Below, one piece after another: positions 57,605 through 64,000 of a stretch of 64,000 nucleotides of DNA (positions are counted from its first letter, which is position 1; every line of letters starts with the position of its first letter). The notes below the pieces were generated by a model, which searched no databases, was not told the DNA's origin, and saw nothing but the letters and a program-made list of their open reading frames with translations. The position numbers and the translations under genes are program-made. This DNA comes from Candidatus Eremiobacteria bacterium (GTDB lineage: Bacteria; Vulcanimicrobiota; Vulcanimicrobiia; Vulcanimicrobiales; Vulcanimicrobiaceae). Location: positions 256,001-320,000 of the forward strand of contig CAVWUU010000001.1 in assembly GCA_963758295.1 (NCBI GenBank), written 5' to 3'.

Positions 57605-60275
57605 ACCGGAACGATTAAAAGCGCTAGAGTCCTACCAGATTCTCGACACCCCCGAAGAGGCGGTGTACGATGCTTTTACGCGTTTGGCTCGTGAAATCAC
57701 CGGAACGAAAGGTTCGGCGATTTCGCTGATCGATCACGATCGCCAATGGTTCAAGTCTTCGAGCGGTCTCGACGTGCGTGAAACGCCGCGCGACATTGCC
57801 TTTTGCTCGCACGTAGTCGCCCAGGGCGAATCCATGGTTATTCCCGATGCGCGTGCAGACGCTCGGTTTTGCGAAAATCCCTTGGTAACGAAAGACCCGA
57901 GCATCCGTTTCTACGCCGGCGTGCCGCTGCTAAATCCCGAGGGGTTCACGCTCGGAACGCTTTGCGTACTCGACGACGAGCCGCGCGCGATTTCTTCCGG
58001 GCAACTCGATTCGCTCCAAGAATTGAGCCGGGTTATCGTCGGCGTTTTGGAAGGCCGCCGCCGCGTCCTTACGCTTTTCGATTCTGCCGGTATCGACGTC
58101 CTCACGGTCGACCCAAAAGATCACGTCATTGAATTCGCTTCGCGCGGCGCATGCGAACGGCTGCAGTACACCGAACACGAGTTGCGCGGAAAGCCGGTCT
58201 TCGATATCGTTACGGATCTCAGCCAAGAAGAAGTGCAACGGGTCGATGAGATTGCGCGGCGAGGCGAACTGACCGTTCGCGAAGTCCGCTTCCGTCGTCG
58301 CGACGGCACGACGTACCCGGTTGAAGTGCGCCTTGACATGACGGTCGAGCGCGGCGAAGAGCGCATGATGGTCATTGCGAGCGACCAGACCCGCCGCAAG
58401 GAACAAGAGCGCGAGATCCGCTTGCTGCTTGAAGCGGTTAACGTGGCAGGGGACGTCATTCTCGTCTATCGCGTTACGAGCGAGGGCGGCGTCCAGCTCA
58501 CGTACATGAACGACGCGTATGCGAAGCAGACGGGGTACACGTCGGCGGAAGCGATCGGTCGCGACCTGGACACGTTCCGGCAAGACATGCCGGACGATGC
58601 AGGTATGGTGAAGATCCGCGAGGCGCTCAAGCGCAATGTTGCCGCGCAAGCCGAACTCATCAGCTATCGCAAAGACGGCACCGCCTATTGGAATCAGGTG
58701 ACGCTCCATCCGATCGTCGGTGAGCGCGGCAGCGTTACCCATTGGATCTGCATCGAGCGCGACATTACCGAAGACGTGCAGCGTACGGCGCAGCTCGTTG
58801 AAGAGCACGATCGTCTTCTAGCGCTCACGCACGCGATGCGCCGCTTGTTCACCGCCTTAGATACGCGCTCGTTGACGGCGACGATCCGCGAAGTGGTACG
58901 CGAGCTCGTTCCGGCGAGCGCGCGCGTGCTCGCGGTTCAGGGACAGCGCGCTATAGAAGTGAGCGAGCTTGGCCGCGCGGACTGGAGCGATGCGTTCGAA
59001 GACGAACTCGTGCAGCGCGCGGTACGCTATCAGATGCGTGTGGTGCAGGAAGATCAGCGCCGGGCGGTCGCCTACGTCGGACGCTTTGGCGATACGCCCT
59101 ACGTGTTGGAATTGCGCACGCACGAAGCTCAGACGCTGAACAACACCGATTTCTTCGTGTTCGACTTGATCGCGGAGTACTTCGCGGTCGCTGCGCGCAA
59201 CGTAACGCTCTATAAAGAATTAGACGAACGCCGCAGTGCGGTATTGGAATTGAGCCAAACGAAGAGCGATCTTATCGCGATGCTGGCTCACGATTTCCGC
59301 GGCCCGCTCACGTCGATCGTCGGCTTTGCCGACTTGACCGGCGAAAGCGGCGCCGTCAACGAAGATCAAACCGAATATCTGAATACGATCAAGCGTTCCG
59401 CTATGCAGCTCTCGGATCTCGCGACCGACACGCTTACGCTTTCGCGCTTGGAACGGAATGAAGTAACGCTCCACGTCAATGACGTCGATTTGGGATCGCT
59501 CGTGCAAAATGTGATCGCTCATCAGGCCGACGGAAGATCGGTCGCATTGAGCGTCCACGGCGACACGCGGGTAAGCGGCGACGACGAACGTTTGCGCCAA
59601 GTCTTCGCCAATCTCATCGATAACGCGCTCAAGTATTCACCGGGCGGCAGCGCGCCGGAAGTCTCGCTTGACGGTTCGGAAGACTCCGTGACGGTTCGGG
59701 TACGGGACTTTGGCATCGGCATTCCGGCCGGCGAGCTTTCGCGGATTTTCGACCGCTTTTCGCGCGCGTCCAACGCCCGGAAGCTCAGAATTGCGGGAAC
59801 GGGCTTCGGATTGTTTCTTACTAAACAGCTGGTCCAGCTTCACGGCGGAACGATCGCGGTTGAGAGCGCCGAAGGCCGGGGCAGTATGTTCACGGTTACG
59901 TTGCCGCGACGCCTCGATCGCCGTGCGGGTCCGCGCACCGTCGTAGTGCTGGACCTTGAGCGCGACCGGTCTTTCCTTGGCTACGCCGTCCGCGAGGCCG
60001 GTTATCGGGTCGTGACGGCCGGCTCCTTGGAAGAAGTGCTTTCCGTTGCCGACGCCCAGTCGGTAGACGCGTTGATCGTTGCCGATGCCGAATGCCTTTC
60101 GAATACCGATGCGGCGCTTTATCGCGCGTTTACTCGCGAACGGAGCATTCCGTTGATCGCCGTGACGAACGACTCGCTTCCGAAGTTGGGCGCGACCGTT
60201 ACGCTACCGCAGCCGGTATTGATCGGCGATGTGGTGGCCGCTCTTGAAAACCTTGCGGTTCCGGCTACGCCTTAA
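57573..60275 (+). CDS. Cytoplasmic hybrid histidine kinase: GAF-PAS-PAS-GAF-HisKA-HATPase with degenerate receiver
   Basis: E.ERL.AL..Y.ILDT GAF, RRRDG and YRKDG PAC motifs, AHDFRGPL, NLIDNALKYS, GTGFGL. Confidence 0.9.
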   Translation: MPTVTPLPENEPERLKALESYQILDTPEEAVYDAFTRLAREITGTKGSAISLIDHDRQWFKSSSGLDVRETPRDIAFCSHVVAQGESMVIPDARADARFCENPLVTKDPSIRFYAGVPLLNPEGFTLGTLCVLDDEPRAISSGQLDSLQELSRVIVGVLEGRRRVLTLFDSAGIDVLTVDPKDHVIEFASRGACERLQYTEHELRGKPVFDIVTDLSQEEVQRVDEIARRGELTVREVRFRRRDGTTYPVEVRLDMTVERGEERMMVIASDQTRRKEQEREIRLLLEAVNVAGDVILVYRVTSEGGVQLTYMNDAYAKQTGYTSAEAIGRDLDTFRQDMPDDAGMVKIREALKRNVAAQAELISYRKDGTAYWNQVTLHPIVGERGSVTHWICIERDITEDVQRTAQLVEEHDRLLALTHAMRRLFTALDTRSLTATIREVVRELVPASARVLAVQGQRAIEVSELGRADWSDAFEDELVQRAVRYQMRVVQEDQRRAVAYVGRFGDTPYVLELRTHEAQTLNNTDFFVFDLIAEYFAVAARNVTLYKELDERRSAVLELSQTKSDLIAMLAHDFRGPLTSIVGFADLTGESGAVNEDQTEYLNTIKRSAMQLSDLATDTLTLSRLERNEVTLHVNDVDLGSLVQNVIAHQADGRSVALSVHGDTRVSGDDERLRQVFANLIDNALKYSPGGSAPEVSLDGSEDSVTVRVRDFGIGIPAGELSRIFDRFSRASNARKLRIAGTGFGLFLTKQLVQLHGGTIAVESAEGRGSMFTVTLPRRLDRRAGPRTVVVLDLERDRSFLGYAVREAGYRVVTAGSLEEVLSVADAQSVDALIVADAECLSNTDAALYRAFTRERSIPLIAVTNDSLPKLGATVTLPQPVLIGDVVAALENLAVPATP

Positions 60276-61110
60276 TCCGCTCGGGCGCCGCATACACGTT
60301 CGCGCGATTCCCGCGCACGAATCCCAGGAGCGTTACATTGAAGCGGCGCGCTAGATCGACCGCGAGGCTGCTGGGCGCGGAAACGGCGCACACAATGGGA
60401 ATGCGCGCAACGGCGGCTTTTTGTAATATTTCATAACTGGCGCGGCCGCTCACGAACATGATCGTCGACTCGAGGCTGCGGCGCTCGAGCATGGCCCAGC
60501 CGCTCAATTTATCGACCGCATTATGCCGGCCAACGTCCTCGCGAACGGCAACGGCGTTTCCGTTCCGATCGAACAGCGCCGCTGCATGAAGACCGCCGGT
60601 CAACGAGAATACGCGTTGCGCTTCACGCATGCGGTCGGGAAGTTCGTAGATCGACGCGATCGAAACGCGAACGCTGTCGTCAACCGGCGTTAATCCCGTC
60701 GCTTCCAACGCTTCGAGGTTGGCACGTCCGCATAGGCCGCACGAGCTATTCACCGTGAAGTGACGTTCGAAGCGTTCCATCGGCGGGAGCGACGGGGAGC
60801 GCAGCTCGACGTTTACGATGTTGTAGCGCTGCTCTTCATCGAGGGCGGGATCGATGCAGTACGTAATGCCCGCAAGCTCTTCCGCCGAAGCCACAACCGC
60901 TTCGCTGCGCACGAATCCCGCCGCGAGTTCGAAGTCGTTGCCCGGAGTTCGCATCGTGACGGCAAGGCTTTGCATCTTGCCGCCGGCTGCGAGGCGCAAC
61001 TCCAGGGGCTCTTCCGTGACAACCGCGTCGAATTTCTTCGAAGCTCCGCTGCCTTCGTAGGCGTCGAGTGTAACGTCGGTCGTGCGGCCGGGACGCTCGG
61101 CGTTCATCAC
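60265..61110 (-). CDS. fdhD: Formate dehydrogenase accessory sulfurtransferase
   Basis: EEPL, MRTPG.D.ELA.GF, SSCGLCG, TGGLHAAALF, REDVGRHNAVDK, VSAPSSLA. Confidence 0.95.
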   Translation of the reverse strand: MMNAERPGRTTDVTLDAYEGSGASKKFDAVVTEEPLELRLAAGGKMQSLAVTMRTPGNDFELAAGFVRSEAVVASAEELAGITYCIDPALDEEQRYNIVNVELRSPSLPPMERFERHFTVNSSCGLCGRANLEALEATGLTPVDDSVRVSIASIYELPDRMREAQRVFSLTGGLHAAALFDRNGNAVAVREDVGRHNAVDKLSGWAMLERRSLESTIMFVSGRASYEILQKAAVARIPIVCAVSAPSSLAVDLARRFNVTLLGFVRGNRANVYAAPERIKA

Positions 61111-62093
61111 ACCGGTTGGCGAAACGCCGCACGTGGATCGCGCGCCGAATCTTTTCCCGCCTCGATCAGCGTCTCGCGAAAGACATAGCCTCCGGCGAGC
61201 GTCAATAGCGACGCCGTCACCGTTCGCACCGCGTCGAGCGGCTTTGGAAGCTTCAGGACGGCGCCGAAAAGATTCAATGCCATCGGTGCAAGCGTTCCCG
61301 CGAGAACGGTGTAACTTCGAAAACGCTCGCCCCGTCTTCCGGAGAACATCGGCCGCGCGTATGCGCCGCCGCGTTTCTCGAAATCCGAAAGTAACAAGAT
61401 TTCGAGAGCACCCGCGAACACTTCAAAGCGCTCGACCTTGGCAGCGGGTCCGTGATTGCCCTCGACCACCGCCAGCAGGTTGGAAAGCGCACATGCGCTC
61501 GCAACGCCGGATGCAACGCAAGCCGCGGGGATGTGGCGTTTCCCCGAAGCCCAAAACGGATTTGCCGTGGCTGAAAGCAATACGCCGGTGTAGCCGGAAA
61601 TAAATGCGCCGAGCGCCGCTTGGAGCTGCGTCAGCGGCGCCGGCGAAAAATGCCGCATCCAGCGCGGAATGACTTCGCTCTCCGCAAGCTCGCGCGTAAC
61701 GGTCGCGGTCGCAACACCCGAGTACGCGACAAGCCCCCACACGCCGAGCGACATGGGCGATTTGAATTTCACGATGCGCATCATGTTCAGAAAGCGCTCC
61801 GGACGCCCCAGATGCGAAATAAGCAGCGCCGGGTTTGCCGCCGCCAGCGCGAGCGACGTATAGCGCGCCGTACGCCGAAGACGGCGTTCCTCGGGCTTAT
61901 TGGGATCCGCGAGCATAGCGATGATGCCTAGACCGCCCATGATGCCACCGAGGAACAGATACGTCATCACGTTCCATTCCCAGTGCGGCGCTTTCAGTAA
62001 CGGCCGGTCGTAGTACGTCGGCGTTGCGGGAAAATCGTCGCGACGCGATTTCGCGCCATCAAAGGCTTCATCGGGACTCGGCGCGCTACGCAT
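61107..62093 (-). CDS. NrfD/PsrC-family membrane anchor subunit
   Basis: YY.RPLLK.P.W.W, YLFLGG, HLGRPERF, SPMSLG.W, YTGVLL. Confidence 0.88.
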   Translation of the reverse strand: MRSAPSPDEAFDGAKSRRDDFPATPTYYDRPLLKAPHWEWNVMTYLFLGGIMGGLGIIAMLADPNKPEERRLRRTARYTSLALAAANPALLISHLGRPERFLNMMRIVKFKSPMSLGVWGLVAYSGVATATVTRELAESEVIPRWMRHFSPAPLTQLQAALGAFISGYTGVLLSATANPFWASGKRHIPAACVASGVASACALSNLLAVVEGNHGPAAKVERFEVFAGALEILLLSDFEKRGGAYARPMFSGRRGERFRSYTVLAGTLAPMALNLFGAVLKLPKPLDAVRTVTASLLTLAGGYVFRETLIEAGKDSARDPRAAFRQPV

Positions 62094-62931
62094 TGCGGAA
62101 CATCACCCATCCGGCAATCGCCAATCCGACTGCCGCGGCCGCTGCTGCCGTGTAACCCGCTCGTTGCCGTGTCGACGGCAGCACGGGCTCGGGCGGCAAG
62201 TTGTACGTTTCCGGTTTATCGGTTAGCAAGAAAAACGCGTTCAGCGGGCCGATTCCGCCCCCAACGTCGTCCGCGCCGTAAAGTGATGCTTCCACGCCGC
62301 GTGATTGCAACGTCTGTACGCGTTGCCTCGCATTTGCGCGCAACTCTTCGACGTCTCCGAATTGAATCGATTCGGTCGGGCAGGCCTTTGCACACGCCGG
62401 CGTAGTTCCGAGCTTCTGCCGGTCGTAGCAAAGCGTGCACTTCCCCGCGACGCCGCCGGAGTTTTGCAAGGCCGTGGCGTGTCCCTCGCGCCGCTCTTCA
62501 ACGAGCGAGGCCAGGTTGTAGTGCGTTCCGTTCGGGTCAAATTTTTCGATAAGATCGACCACGCCGAACGGACACGAAACGACGCAGTACCCGCAACCAT
62601 TGCAGACATCGGGCTGTATGAACACCGACTCGAATTCATTTCGAATGATCGCACCCGTGGGACATGCCTCGAGGCAGCCCGCATTCGTGCAATGTTTGCA
62701 GACGTCGCTGCTCATCAGCCAGCGGTCCTGAATGCCGGTTTCGGTGACGTTCATCTGTTCGACGAATGCCACGTGCCGCCACGTCGTGCCCGAAAGCTCC
62801 GAGGTGTTATCGTACGAGTTTCCCGTGAACGCGAAACCGTCGGACGGCAGTTCGTTCCACTGCTTGCATGCAACTTCGCACGCCTTGCACCCGATGCACA
62901 GCGTCGTGTCGGTGAAAAATCCGGTCGCCAT
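62086..62931 (-). CDS. Formate dehydrogenase beta (4x[4Fe-4S]) subunit
   Basis: CIGCKACEVAC, CKHC..AGC..ACP, CNGCGYC..SCP, KCTLC...PAC..ACP. Confidence 0.92.
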   Translation of the reverse strand: MATGFFTDTTLCIGCKACEVACKQWNELPSDGFAFTGNSYDNTSELSGTTWRHVAFVEQMNVTETGIQDRWLMSSDVCKHCTNAGCLEACPTGAIIRNEFESVFIQPDVCNGCGYCVVSCPFGVVDLIEKFDPNGTHYNLASLVEERREGHATALQNSGGVAGKCTLCYDRQKLGTTPACAKACPTESIQFGDVEELRANARQRVQTLQSRGVEASLYGADDVGGGIGPLNAFFLLTDKPETYNLPPEPVLPSTRQRAGYTAAAAAAVGLAIAGWVMFRNA

Positions 62932-64000
62932 TACGTCTGCGATGCTCCTTTGTCTTCACCTTGCATCTGTTGGTAACCGCGATGATGCTCCGCCGCTTCT
63001 TTGGCGTCGGGTTGTCCTTCGGGACGGCGCTCGTCCGCCGGGACCGGTTCGTCAACCTCATCGTAATGATACGCCGGACGGCGTCCGGGCCGGATGTTGC
63101 ATGTGAGCGTTTTGGATTCGTGAATCGAAACGTTCGGGTCGAGCGCGATCGCAATGAGCGCTCCGACGCTATCCCCACGCGCCAGCGCGACCATACTTCC
63201 GTAGTTGTACGGAATGCCGATTTGATGCACGCGCTTGCCTTTGCCGATGCGTAGCGGACGAAGCCGTCCGCTGACGAGCGCGCGAGCTTCCATATCGCCG
63301 AGCGCCGTCGAAATCGTCACCCAGCCGCCGTTAGTAATGCCTTTTTCGACCGCAAGCTCGGGGTTGATTTCCGCAAACGCGGCGGGCTGCAATTCCGCGA
63401 GCCACGGCACGTATCGCGTCATGATGCCGGACATCTCGGTGATGCGGTACGTCGTCATCACGTATGGAAAATTGGGGTCCACCGACTTGTTGTACGCATT
63501 GTCGTCACGCGTGTACGTGCTCAGCACGGGGTTGCTCTGCTGCTTGTAGAGCTCGTTTTCGACGACGGATTGCAGCGGCTCGTAATGCGCCGGAACCGGC
63601 GCGTCCTTTAGGCCGCTTGCGACGAAGAGATGCCCGCGGCCGTCGACCATCATGATGAAGGGATCGGAACCGGAATGAAAGTCCATCCCTTTTGCCTCGG
63701 GATTAGCCGGGGTTGACGGGGCCTTCGTCTTGATGAAATCCGGAACGTCCTTCCCCGTCCACTCGCCTTTGGTTTCGTCCCACCACACGTAACGCTTGCG
63801 TTCGCTCCAGGGGTTGCCTTCGGGATCGGCCGAAGCGCGGTTGTACAACGTGCGCCGGTTCGCCGGCCACGCAAACCCCCAATTCAGCGCGGTATATTCG
63901 CCGCTCGCGTCGCGGTTACGCGCGCGGTTCGTCTCCTTATCAGGACAGACGCCGCTGTAAATCCAACAGCCGCAAGCCGTTGAACCATCGTCTTTCAAGT
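62931..64000 (-). CDS. Formate dehydrogenase alpha subunit, FdnG-like (C-terminal part, runs off window end)
   Basis: DDGSTACGCWIYSG, WPANRR.LYNRASAD, HYEP, TTYR.TE, molybdopterin dinucleotide-binding C-terminus. Confidence 0.92.
   Translation of the reverse strand, partial: LKDDGSTACGCWIYSGVCPDKETNRARNRDASGEYTALNWGFAWPANRRTLYNRASADPEGNPWSERKRYVWWDETKGEWTGKDVPDFIKTKAPSTPANPEAKGMDFHSGSDPFIMMVDGRGHLFVASGLKDAPVPAHYEPLQSVVENELYKQQSNPVLSTYTRDDNAYNKSVDPNFPYVMTTYRITEMSGIMTRYVPWLAELQPAAFAEINPELAVEKGITNGGWVTISTALGDMEARALVSGRLRPLRIGKGKRVHQIGIPYNYGSMVALARGDSVGALIAIALDPNVSIHESKTLTCNIRPGRRPAYHYDEVDEPVPADERRPEGQPDAKEAAEHHRGYQQMQGEDKGASQT

Noticed and set aside
58490..58770. LOV photoreceptor domain in the histidine kinase
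   Set aside because: The PAS/PAC is LOV-like (TGY...IGR, YRKDG..YWN) but has GRDLDTFRQ instead of GxNCRFLQ, so there is no photoactive Cys.
1..64000. CRISPR array, prophage, IS transposase, integrase, rRNA
   Set aside because: No regularly spaced repeats or recognisable hallmark genes were seen by eye.

Overview
A GC-rich bacterial chromosomal window with about 60 CDS and one tRNA-Leu(CAG). The organism appears diderm (beta-barrel proteins, lipoproteins). Gene content is reminiscent of Ca. Eremiobacterota/Vulcanimicrobiota, but that is an unverified inference. Housekeeping content includes pnp, rpsO, split transketolase, ggt, polX, mqnP/mqnL-type menaquinone genes and the end of a formate dehydrogenase operon. 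Most notable: (1) two small ORFs missed by the ORF track, 8.3 kb apart (15125-15286 minus, 23628-23738 plus), share an F-x-G-W-G-P-K motif. One lies beside a membrane-anchored wHTH-TPR sensor and a CBM9/DUF5916-like outer-membrane protein and is followed by a structured 3' RNA. The other heads a YtrA/GntR-ABC exporter operon. Together they form a candidate undescribed peptide system. (2) An operon encodes a Cyc2-like cytochrome-porin, a cupredoxin, an SCO protein, a lipoprotein and a two-component system. (3) A ~1.7 kb tRNA-anchored islet carries an Xre-RES toxin-antitoxin pair. (4) A candidate structured ncRNA and a bacteriocin/immunity-like pair lie at 22.4-23.3 kb. (5) Several predicted pseudo-enzymes are present. 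Four genes carry single frameshifts, probably sequencing errors. All calls come from reading motifs by eye; no searches were run.
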